DNA of 61,750 nt, counting the filler. It is 6 parts of 6 records of this genome, joined end to end, with 100 filler letters (N's around TTAATTAATTAA, not from the genome) between each part and the next. Parts side by side here need not be neighbours in the genome. Positions count along the whole stretch, not along the records: positions 1 to 25,298 come from SRR2962707_3622; 5 more parts are not named here. The stretch is one strand, 5' to 3'. Below are positions 1 through 8,865 of the stretch, in pieces. The position numbers and the translations under genes are program-made. How positions within the stretch are numbered: the first letter of the stretch is position 1; each line of letters begins with the position of its first letter. Under the pieces are notes generated by a model. The model saw nothing but the letters and a program-made list of their open reading frames with translations, was not told where the DNA came from and ran no database searches.

Positions 1-682
1 TGGTTGCATTCGCAGCATTCTCATCCACATTAAAGCTTTGTGAAGCAGTGATTACCGGTGTATTGTCGTTGAGATCATTGACAGTGATTTCTACCGTTTC
101 GGAAGCAGAAGTATTGGTACCATCTCCTACCGTCAATGTCAGAGTGTAGCTTGTGGTTGTTTCAAAATCCAGCGTGGAGTTATCTGCTATAGTAATTTCT
201 CCAGAAGTTGCACCAATATCAAAAACGCCATTGTCATCGCCTGCCGTAATCATCCAATTGAAGGTGTTGCTTGCATCACCATCGGTGACCAATACCGTTC
301 CTACACTTGTCGAATTTGCTTCATTCTCATCCACATTGAAGCTCTGCGATGCGGTAATCACAGGAGTGTTGTCATTAAGGTCATTTACGGTAATTTCAAC
401 CGTCTCAGGATCCGAAGTATCTGTTCCATCGCTTACGGTTAGTGTGAGCGTATAGCTTGCTGTGGATTCGAAATCCAAGGTGGCATTATCTATCACTGTT
501 ATTTCTCCAGAAGAGGCATCTATGTCAAAAACACCATCGTCATTGCCGGCTGTAATCGTCCAGCTACTAAAAGTGGTTCCTGCATCTACATCAGTGGCAA
601 TAACCGTACCCACACTTGTTGTGTTGGCAGCATTTTCATCAACATCAAAAGTTTGACTAGCTGTGATGACTGGGGCGCTATT
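1..682 (-). repeat. Tandem cadherin-domain coding repeats, about 306-309 bp period (2 complete plus start of a third)
   Basis: PVITASQ(T/S)F(D/N)VDEN recurs near 680, 370 and 64; YTLTLTV(S/G)DG recurs in the two complete copies. Confidence 0.85.
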
Positions 683-1972
683 GACAGCAACTATTCCATA
701 CTCATACACCCTTACATGCCCACCATTTGCACCTCCACCACCGTTAATGGATGATCCGAGCGCAACTACACTCCCATCTTCAGAAATAGCAACTGCACCT
801 CCTAATGCATCGAATTCAGCTTCACCTTCAATGTCGGTACCCACTTGTTCCCAAGTGCTGACGTTGAGGGTATAAATCTGTACCCGACCATTGAGATTGT
901 CTGGATCTAAATACCCTGGGGCTCCAATTACCAGATGCGTTCCGTCACCTGAAAGTCGCACACTTTGTCCGAAAGAGTCAGCATCTAAACTAGAAGTGAT
1001 GTCCGATCCTACCTGGGTCCATGTTTCTGAAGCGTAATCCCACACTTGAACATAGCCGATGTATGTTGGGCCTAATCCAAAAAATGAATCGGGTGCACCC
1101 ATGGCAATTCGGTTGCCATCGTTGGAAAGGCTAATTGATTTTCCAAGAATATCTTCCTCACCACCATCGAAAGTGCTTTTTGTGCTCCCTTTCGCTTCCC
1201 AGGTGGTGCCATTTAATCGAAACACACTCACACGACCCGCATTACTTCCTCCGGATGTATTTAGCGTATTGCCAACGGCTAAGGTGCTTCCTGTTTCATC
1301 CAAAGCTACCTGCTCTCCGAATACGGTAAGGTCCTCATCGCCATCAATCTGACTTCCCAAAAGGGTCCAATCTGTATCGGATTCATTGGTGTCAAAGCGG
1401 TAAACTCTTACTGCACCAGTAGATCCACCTGAAGTAGCTCTTCCGGGAATACCAACAGCCAGCCGTTTTCCGTCACCAGATAAATCAATGGATTCACCAA
1501 GATTCTCAAAATCAGCTGCTCCATCAATATTGCTTCCTTTTTGCACCCAGGCTGTACCGGACCATTCGTATACCTGAACCCTCCCCCAAGGAGCAAAATT
1601 TATCCCCAAATCTTTAAAGGGAGCGGCAATAGCAATCATATTGCCATCGTCGCTAAGGCTTACAGTCGATCCGAAAGAGTCCCCGGAAGTTTCGCCATCA
1701 ATATCCAAACCCTTTTGAGTCCATGATGAACCATCCCAGGTGTACACCCTTACAGTTCCGACAAGATTCCCATTGGGAGCTGATGCCGCTCCGGCGGCCA
1801 TGGTTAAACCATCTGGAGTTATGGATACACTTTGGCCTAGACCATCTCCCATAGTGCCATCAATATCCGAACCGAGTTGGTTCCAGGACTGGGCGGTAGT
1901 GCTATGTGTGGTAAACAGAGCAATAAGTAGGCATAGGGAAACTGCAAAGCATCTTCGTAGGAGCACATTCAT
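1..1972 (-). CDS. Secreted adhesin-like protein (3' end outside window): signal peptide, 7 FG-GAP/integrin-alpha-like propeller repeats, then tandem cadherin repeats
   Basis: Hand translation from ATG at 1972 (MNVLLRRCFAVSLCLLIALFTTHSTTAQSWNQLGSDIDG...) is open to the window edge. Seven W-x-Q-x-G-x-x-I-x-G ... G-x-S-V-x-L-S-x-D-G ... G-x-V-x-V-Y-like repeats, then cadherin motifs (VDEN, LDFE, NDLNDNTPVI). Absent from the ORF track because no stop codon is in the window. Confidence 0.9.
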   Translation of the reverse strand, partial: MNVLLRRCFAVSLCLLIALFTTHSTTAQSWNQLGSDIDGTMGDGLGQSVSITPDGLTMAAGAASAPNGNLVGTVRVYTWDGSSWTQKGLDIDGETSGDSFGSTVSLSDDGNMIAIAAPFKDLGINFAPWGRVQVYEWSGTAWVQKGSNIDGAADFENLGESIDLSGDGKRLAVGIPGRATSGGSTGAVRVYRFDTNESDTDWTLLGSQIDGDEDLTVFGEQVALDETGSTLAVGNTLNTSGGSNAGRVSVFRLNGTTWEAKGSTKSTFDGGEEDILGKSISLSNDGNRIAMGAPDSFFGLGPTYIGYVQVWDYASETWTQVGSDITSSLDADSFGQSVRLSGDGTHLVIGAPGYLDPDNLNGRVQIYTLNVSTWEQVGTDIEGEAEFDALGGAVAISEDGSVVALGSSINGGGGANGGHVRVYEYGIVAVNSAPVITASQTFDVDENAANTTSVGTVIATDVDAGTTFSSWTITAGNDDGVFDIDASSGEITVIDNATLDFESTASYTLTLTVSDGTDTSDPETVEITVNDLNDNTPVITASQSFNVDENEANSTSVGTVLVTDGDASNTFNWMITAGDDNGVFDIGATSGEITIADNSTLDFETTTSYTLTLTVGDGTNTSASETVEITVNDLNDNTPVITASQSFNVDENAANAT

Positions 1973-2050
1973 ACTAAAAGGCGGTTAGTTAATTAAGCGG
2001 TTTTAAATACTATATGAAAAGTATTAATCGTTCACACCTCCATCAAAAAA

Positions 2051-2127
2051 TTGTTGTGAATGACCAATTTTTGTATGAGTTTGACATGGTCAATCGATAG
2101 AATAAATCTTGTGATCGATGAATAATC
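2051..2127. promoter_or_regulatory. Candidate LytTR-binding direct-repeat array, about 21-bp period
   Basis: TGAC at 2061 and 2082; ATCGAT(A)GAATA at 2093 and 2114; lies between the adhesin and the divergent kinase/LytTR operon. Confidence 0.4.
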
Positions 2128-2219
2128 GGGTAGTTAATTCACAAACAAGTGAAAAGTATTCGAAGGATTTTTCACTAGTCTAATCCCCGATTTAATGATT
2201 TATCATATCTTTCGTCAGG

Positions 2220-5200
2220 ATGAGGTATCTGCTGCTGATTTTCATTTTTCTCCCCTTTTTAGGACTCAGCCAGTTCAGTGGTCAATGGAAACCACTACCC
2301 AATGCACAGATGTCCAAAGCGATCATCAATAAACGGGCTGCAGTAATTGATTCGATCGTATCCAAAGAAGAAACCCCTAGGATTCAGGAAATACCAAATC
2401 CTGCAAAACTTGAGTTTATTGCAACAGTCATACCGGATACGCTTGAAAAAGTGACTTTCAACGCCTATCCGTTGAATTGGAGTAAGAAAGAGCCCATACC
2501 CAATGGTTTGATCTTTAAGGATATAGCCAATCACAATATTAAATACCTGGACAAGGCCCATGGTCTACCCAGTTCTAGCATCAGCTCAATAGCCGAGGAC
2601 AGCAACGGACTGATATATCTCACATCAACAAGTGGGCTTTTGGTTATGAACGGATCTGAATTTACCATCTTTGAGGATCATCCCTATTTCGCATTCACAG
2701 ATTCAAAAAGCCTCTACTATGACAAGAATGGCAAGATGTGGATCGCTAACAATGAGCAGATAGGCTACATTTTTGAAGGCAAACTGTACCTCCCGGAAAT
2801 CAAACTTTTTGGTGGAGTTCATCAACAACCATTTCGGGAAGACAAATGCGGTGATTTCTTTGTTTCCACAAACTTTAATGGTCTTTTCATCATCAAGAAG
2901 GATTACATCCTGCACTACGAAAAGGACTTACCACACAATATGATTGCCGATGCGATTCGCACAAGCGACGATAAGCTTTGGCTTGCCTTTGTGAGACATG
3001 GTGTTGGATTCATCAAAAACGACAGCCTCTTCGCATACAAAGAGTTTGGTAGCTACAACAATTCAAGGGCCTTTCTGGAATCAGATGGTGAATTGTGGAT
3101 TGGGAATTTTGCTGCCCCCCTCCTCAAATATCGAAACGATTCACTATTTACAATGCAATTCAATACGCAGACCAATTACGTCTACACGCTGGAGAAAAAC
3201 TCAAAAGGAATTTGGTTTGCCGATTATGGCCGAGGTGTCTTTCTCGTAAAGCCCAACGGGCAATACTATCGGTTCCATAAAGAAAACGGATTAAGTGATA
3301 GAAATGCGTTTGATCTATTTATCGATAGCTATGAAAATGTTTGGGTCGCTGATTTATTGAATGGATTGTCCAGGATAGATGAAAACTTCTTCTATAAGGA
3401 ACCTTATAGCACATTCAAGGATAAAATTAATGAGACGGAAATAGACCAGGAAGGTAATTTATGGCACTTCCGAAATGGGAAACTATTGACCAAGGAAACA
3501 TCCGAAGCATTCTTACAATATACGAATAAGCCTGATGCAGATTTCCTCTCTCACGCCCACTGCCTTGATGGATTCATTAGAGATGATGGCGTCTGGATGG
3601 GTAGCTATGATATGGGGATCATCCAACTGAAAGACATGGAGTATACCTACCATGAACTGGGAGCTGTGGACTATGATGACAATTCGATGTTTCATCTTGA
3701 ATACGATGAAACGGGAGGAATCTGGAGCGTTTCAGAAAGTAATAAACTACTTTATCTACAGAATGGGGTATTTCTTCGATTTTCAGAATCGGAAGAATGG
3801 AAAGACCATGTATTTGTTTCGATGCAAAAGACAAGTGGTGGTGAACTCTTTGTAACCACTCGAAAAAATGGCATCATACAACTTCAGAATAACCAATATC
3901 GAAAAATTGACCTGCTGGAATCACCCAACACAGGACAAGTTCATCATGTCTACAAAGACACATCCGGTGAGTTTTGGTTCTTCATGAACAATGAAATACA
4001 GCACATGAAAACTGATGGGACATTATCAAGAATTGAAGATCCGATTTTCACCAACAACCCGGTCAGGGACATCATTGAAATCGAAAAAGACAATTTCCTG
4101 GGAATAAGTAGTAATGGAATCGTTTCAATTAAAAGAAAGACTGAAGGACTAGATATCAAACTGTATGATCGGAACCATGGGTTATACATGGTGGAAAACT
4201 TTGATATCAATCAGAAAAGAAATGGGCAAGTGTTCATGGCACACCGTGATGGTTTGGTCGTTAGCGATAGCACCTTTATTAACCAGAAATCACCCCCAAA
4301 GCTAAGTTTCAATCGCCTAGAGGTGGACGGTGATACACTGCAAATCTACGGAGGGGCATTTACACTTGAACAAGGGAAGCAGATTCGTTTCGTTTTCAAT
4401 AAAATCTATTGGGGGAACAAATCCACACTTCACTATTCGCTGAAACACAACAATGATGATGGAAATTGGAATGAACAGCAGTCAAATACACTTTCATTCC
4501 AAGAGCTTGCGCATGGCAACTACCAATTGTCTGTTTATGCGGAAGGAGATAATCAGAAAAGCAGTGAGCAGAACATCACATTCAAAATCCTACCCTATTG
4601 GTATCAAACTGCCTGGGCCAAAGTACTCTTTATGCTACTTGCTTTTGGCGCTGTAGTTACCTACTTCTTATATCGTGAAAGAAATGCCCGAGTCATCAAG
4701 CAGCAATTGGAAGGGCTCGTTGAGGAGAAAACATCCGAGTTGGTTTCACAGTTAGAACAGAAAGAAATCCTGATGCAGGAAGTCCATCACAGAGTAAAAA
4801 ATAACCTAACCTTCCTCAAGAGTCTTTTATATCTTCGATCAAATGCCACAGATGATGAGCATGTAAAATTGATTCTGGATGAATGCCAGGCCAGAATCCA
4901 GAGCATGGCACTGGTGCATCAGAATCTTTATGATGTGAATGATGCCAGCCAAATAGATTTTGCTTATTTCCTGAGGGAGCTGTTTGTTGAACTCGAAACC
5001 ATGTTTGATCAATCTAATCTCAAACTCAACCTAGATACGAGTGACATAAAATTGGACATGAAATTGTCCGTGTTTCTAGGACTTATCATTAATGAGCTAA
5101 TTACCAACTCCATCAAATATGCTTTTAATGGAAAGGATGACAAGCAGGTCTATATTGCTTTTAAGCTCGATGGTAATAATTATAGGCTCAATTATTCAGA

Positions 5201-5351
5201 TAATGGCCAGGGACTGCCACCAGATTTTGATTTGCATTCAGCCTCCGGATTTGGCTTCAAGTTGATCGGAATTTTACTCAATCAGGTGGACGCGGAAATG
5301 TCCTATGAACGAAATGATCTAAGTACTTTTAATATTTTAATACCTAAATGA
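2220..5351 (+). CDS. Sensor histidine kinase: periplasmic beta-propeller, Y_Y_Y domain, TM helix, HisKA_2 and HATPase
   Basis: GLPSSSISSIAEDSNGLIY-type propeller repeats; PYWYQTAW before the TM; H-box EVHHRVKNNL; NELITNSIKYAF; DNGQG; GFG. Confidence 0.92.
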   Translation: MRYLLLIFIFLPFLGLSQFSGQWKPLPNAQMSKAIINKRAAVIDSIVSKEETPRIQEIPNPAKLEFIATVIPDTLEKVTFNAYPLNWSKKEPIPNGLIFKDIANHNIKYLDKAHGLPSSSISSIAEDSNGLIYLTSTSGLLVMNGSEFTIFEDHPYFAFTDSKSLYYDKNGKMWIANNEQIGYIFEGKLYLPEIKLFGGVHQQPFREDKCGDFFVSTNFNGLFIIKKDYILHYEKDLPHNMIADAIRTSDDKLWLAFVRHGVGFIKNDSLFAYKEFGSYNNSRAFLESDGELWIGNFAAPLLKYRNDSLFTMQFNTQTNYVYTLEKNSKGIWFADYGRGVFLVKPNGQYYRFHKENGLSDRNAFDLFIDSYENVWVADLLNGLSRIDENFFYKEPYSTFKDKINETEIDQEGNLWHFRNGKLLTKETSEAFLQYTNKPDADFLSHAHCLDGFIRDDGVWMGSYDMGIIQLKDMEYTYHELGAVDYDDNSMFHLEYDETGGIWSVSESNKLLYLQNGVFLRFSESEEWKDHVFVSMQKTSGGELFVTTRKNGIIQLQNNQYRKIDLLESPNTGQVHHVYKDTSGEFWFFMNNEIQHMKTDGTLSRIEDPIFTNNPVRDIIEIEKDNFLGISSNGIVSIKRKTEGLDIKLYDRNHGLYMVENFDINQKRNGQVFMAHRDGLVVSDSTFINQKSPPKLSFNRLEVDGDTLQIYGGAFTLEQGKQIRFVFNKIYWGNKSTLHYSLKHNNDDGNWNEQQSNTLSFQELAHGNYQLSVYAEGDNQKSSEQNITFKILPYWYQTAWAKVLFMLLAFGAVVTYFLYRERNARVIKQQLEGLVEEKTSELVSQLEQKEILMQEVHHRVKNNLTFLKSLLYLRSNATDDEHVKLILDECQARIQSMALVHQNLYDVNDASQIDFAYFLRELFVELETMFDQSNLKLNLDTSDIKLDMKLSVFLGLIINELITNSIKYAFNGKDDKQVYIAFKLDGNNYRLNYSDNGQGLPPDFDLHSASGFGFKLIGILLNQVDAEMSYERNDLSTFNILIPK

Positions 5352-6043
5352 AAAATACCTTTCGCATATTGATCGTGGAGGATGAACTCATGATTGCCGA
5401 GATGACCAAAGAAATGCTTTTGGATCTGGGGTATGAGATTGTAGGAATAGCCAAAAATTATGCAAAAGCCGTCCACTATTTGGAAAACGATCCAGCCATC
5501 GACCTGGCGATATTGGATATTAACTTAAATCAGGATGTCGATGGAACAGATCTTGCCAAATACATTCAGGAGAATACCAAGATTCCATTCATCTACCTCA
5601 CCTCCTACTCTGACCCTGGCACGGTCAAAAGAGCTTCGAAAACAAAACCCTCTGCCTATCTACTAAAACCTTACACCAAGGGAGATCTATTCGCTACTGT
5701 AGAAATAATAAAATCCCGGAAGCATGAAGAAGTGCCGCTGGTTGTTAAAGACGGAGATTACTCGGTTAAAATCAATTCAAATGACATTTCATTCATCAAA
5801 TCAGACAACAACTATCTGGAATTAGTCACCCCTCAAAAGAAGTATGTGGTTCGTAACTCACTTGAGAATTTCCTCGCTGAACTGAATAATCCAAACTTTC
5901 TTCGGATTCATCGATCTTATGCCATTAACAGCTTGAAAGTAGATGCCATCAATGGGCAACAAGTCATTGTAGATTCTCAGAAATGCCCCATTTCAAGAAG
6001 TCACAAACATGAACTACAGGAATTGTTTAGGAAGAATTCATAA
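5348..6043 (+). CDS. LytTR-family response regulator
   Basis: REC domain (ILIVEDE, LDINL, YLLKP) plus LytTR motif FLRIHRSYAIN; 4-bp overlap with the kinase. Confidence 0.93.
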   Translation: MKNTFRILIVEDELMIAEMTKEMLLDLGYEIVGIAKNYAKAVHYLENDPAIDLAILDINLNQDVDGTDLAKYIQENTKIPFIYLTSYSDPGTVKRASKTKPSAYLLKPYTKGDLFATVEIIKSRKHEEVPLVVKDGDYSVKINSNDISFIKSDNNYLELVTPQKKYVVRNSLENFLAELNNPNFLRIHRSYAINSLKVDAINGQQVIVDSQKCPISRSHKHELQELFRKNS

Positions 6044-6096
6044 CCCTTTTAATTGATGCTTTCTCAACGACAATTCATATTTCACGTAAACGAGGT

Positions 6097-7236
6097 ATGC
6101 CAACAAAACTTCTAACCACAACCCTTGTTGCATTACTGGTATTGGGCTGCACTGAAAAAGAGTTTGTACCTGAACGATTCTATCCACGAAATGACCATCA
6201 AGCCTACTGGTACTCACTGAAGCAAGCCAATCTGCTCTCCTCAGCACTTGGAAAAGATTGGGTCAAAGCTTCTGAAAAACCCTTTGACGAGCAGATCAAT
6301 GTGAAACTACCCTATCAGGAAGCCTTTAATATAGACAACAGCATACCTGAAGCCTTAGGCTACCGATTTGATGTAAAAAGAGGTCAGAAAATATTGGTAG
6401 ATGTTCAATTGCTTAGCGATGATACCACGCGGGTTTTTATAGACTTGTTCAGGATAGAAAATGACTCACTTAAAAAATACCTGCAGGTGGCCTCTGCCGA
6501 CAGCACACTACAACTTGGGTTTCAACCCAGAAGAGATGCTTCCTATTTACTGAGACTCCAACCAGAACTTTTGAGAGGAGGTCAGTTTACCATTACCATC
6601 GAAAATGTGCCTTCTCTTGCCTTTCCTGTTTCAGGGAAAGACAAGCGGGCTATCCAAAGCTTCTTTGGTGATCCAAGAGATGGTGGGAAACGAGATCATC
6701 ATGGAGTCGACATATTTGCAAAGCGGCATACGCCTATCCTCGCTCCTATCAAGGCTGAAGTGAGATTTGTGGGAACCAGAGGCTTGGGTGGTAAAGTGGT
6801 CTGGCTTTACGATCGCAAGACTGGAAACCATTTGTACTTTGCACATCTGCAAGAACAAAAGGTAGAAAGGTATCAAATGGTCAATCCCGGTGACACCATC
6901 GGAACCGTTGGCAACACTGGAAATGCGAAGTACACGCCCCCTCATCTGCACTTTGGCATCTACAACAATGGTCCAATTAATCCATACGCCTTTATTGTTC
7001 CTGAATACACCAACAACCGATTCACCTCTCCCGACACGGTCATGTTAGGGAAGACCCAAACCTTGACAAAAGCTCTTTTTATCAAATCGGAGATGTCGCG
7101 CAATGCCTCCATTATTGATACACTCGATATTGGAGAAACCATTGGCATAGCAGCCATCAATCATCAGTATCTGAGAGTGACTACACCTTCTGGTGTCAAA
7201 GGTTTTTTGAGAAAAAATGAGTTAGGTAGATTTTAG
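6097..7236 (+). CDS. M23 family metallopeptidase, probable lipoprotein
   Basis: Lipobox-like VLGC; HHGVDIF, YFAHL and PHLHF motifs; SH3-like C-terminus. Confidence 0.9.
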   Translation: MPTKLLTTTLVALLVLGCTEKEFVPERFYPRNDHQAYWYSLKQANLLSSALGKDWVKASEKPFDEQINVKLPYQEAFNIDNSIPEALGYRFDVKRGQKILVDVQLLSDDTTRVFIDLFRIENDSLKKYLQVASADSTLQLGFQPRRDASYLLRLQPELLRGGQFTITIENVPSLAFPVSGKDKRAIQSFFGDPRDGGKRDHHGVDIFAKRHTPILAPIKAEVRFVGTRGLGGKVVWLYDRKTGNHLYFAHLQEQKVERYQMVNPGDTIGTVGNTGNAKYTPPHLHFGIYNNGPINPYAFIVPEYTNNRFTSPDTVMLGKTQTLTKALFIKSEMSRNASIIDTLDIGETIGIAAINHQYLRVTTPSGVKGFLRKNELGRF

Positions 7237-7258
7237 CGGGAATAGCTAATTTCATCAT

Positions 7259-7576
7259 ATGATTCTATTCTCGACCATTAAAAGTTTCCTACAGGATAAG
7301 GAATATCGCGACCTTTTATTTACCATGGCTGCCATTTTAATCCTTGGCACAGTGGTTTATCATCAGCTGGAAGGTTGGAGCTACCTTGATTCTTTCTATT
7401 TCTCTTTTATCACTTTAACCACCATTGGATTTGGGGATTTCGCTCCACAAACAGATGAAGGTAAAATCTTTACCATCATTTATATCACGATTGGGGTTGG
7501 AATCATCTTAGCCTTCATCAATACACTTTATCATCATTACAGCGGAATGATCAAAAAGCGGAGAAAAAAGGGCTAG
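7259..7576 (+). CDS. Minimal 2-TM potassium channel (Ion_trans_2)
   Basis: TM-pore-TM layout with selectivity filter TTIGFGD. Confidence 0.9.
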   Translation: MILFSTIKSFLQDKEYRDLLFTMAAILILGTVVYHQLEGWSYLDSFYFSFITLTTIGFGDFAPQTDEGKIFTIIYITIGVGIILAFINTLYHHYSGMIKKRRKKG

Positions 7577-8739
7577 CCTTTATAATAGATTCTGAAAATA
7601 GTACCTGCCAGATCATCAGACACCAACATAGATCCGTCCGGGGCAAATAGCACGTCTACGGGTCGTGCCCAGGCGGTATTGGTTTCTGCATTGAGGAATC
7701 CAGTAGCAAAATCATCATATGCCACACCCGTTCCGTTTTCTTCAGTCACCATCGTGATTTTATGACCAGTGTGGCCTACATCTGAATCACGATTCCATGA
7801 GCCGTGTTCTGCGATAAACAGCTTATTTTTATATGTAGACGGAAACTTATCGCTGGTGCAAAATTTTACTCCCAAAGGTGCCACATGTGGGCCAAGTTTT
7901 TGAGCTGGCTTTACAAACTCATCACACGATCGCTTGTCTCCAAACTCAGGATCCTTTAGATAGCCCGCATGACAGTAAGGATAGCCGAAATGTTGTCCTT
8001 GCTCGGTGACTCTGTTCAACTCACACGGTGGCTCATCATTACCCAACCAGTCTCTACCATTGTCCGTAAACCACATCTCTCCGGTTTCAGGGTGCCAGGT
8101 AAAGCCTACAGTATTTCTGACCCCATGTACGTAAACCTCACGGTTTGATCCATCCGGATCCATGCGTGTAATACTCGCATACATCTCATTTTTACTTTCA
8201 CAAATATTGCAGGGTGCTCCCACTGGCACGTATAGTTTTCCATCAGGGCCAAAAGCAATAAACTTCCAGCCATGATGCCTATCGGTCGGGTAATCATCGT
8301 ATATGTTTACCGGGACAGGTGGGTTTGATAAATTCGATTCAATATTATCAAAGCGCCAAAGCTTCGACACTTCTGCCACATATAATGAGCCATCTCTAAA
8401 GGCAATTCCATTCGGCATGCGCATATCACTTGCTATGACATATCGCTCGTCTGCCTTCCAATCGCCATTTGTATCTCGGACAGCATACACTTTGTCTCCC
8501 CCCCTATTGCTGACAAACAAAGTACCATCGGCGGTCAACACCATCGATCGAGCATTGTTGACTCGCGCAAACACCTCAATGGCAAATCCTTCCGGTAATT
8601 GAATGTCTTCAAGTTTAAGTCCTTCCATGGAATTAAGTGCCAATTCTTCGACTGCTTCTGATTCGTTTTCCTCCACAGGAGCACTTGAAGAGCAAGCCAA
8701 TAACATCGTGATGCTGAAAACAATTGAGATCTTGTTCAT
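7573..8739 (-). CDS. PQQ-dependent sugar/sorbosone dehydrogenase family lipoprotein
   Basis: LLAC lipobox; HHGWKFIAFGPDGKLYVPVGAPCNIC; GVRNTVG; EHGSWNR; RPVDV. Confidence 0.88.
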   Translation of the reverse strand: MNKISIVFSITMLLACSSSAPVEENESEAVEELALNSMEGLKLEDIQLPEGFAIEVFARVNNARSMVLTADGTLFVSNRGGDKVYAVRDTNGDWKADERYVIASDMRMPNGIAFRDGSLYVAEVSKLWRFDNIESNLSNPPVPVNIYDDYPTDRHHGWKFIAFGPDGKLYVPVGAPCNICESKNEMYASITRMDPDGSNREVYVHGVRNTVGFTWHPETGEMWFTDNGRDWLGNDEPPCELNRVTEQGQHFGYPYCHAGYLKDPEFGDKRSCDEFVKPAQKLGPHVAPLGVKFCTSDKFPSTYKNKLFIAEHGSWNRDSDVGHTGHKITMVTEENGTGVAYDDFATGFLNAETNTAWARPVDVLFAPDGSMLVSDDLAGTIFRIYYKG

Positions 8740-8865
8740 GTTCTTTTAGTTAGAATCCTAAAATTAACGGACGATCTCATCGAATGAAAGGATAATTAGA
8801 TAGAATAAAGACAATGAGGAGATCATTCCTTTTTATATTGATACTGATTATATGCCAATCGTCCC

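Noticed and set aside
153-1988. Several plus-strand ORFs with repeated S/V/T-rich text
   Set aside because: Antisense shadows of the minus-strand FG-GAP/cadherin gene.
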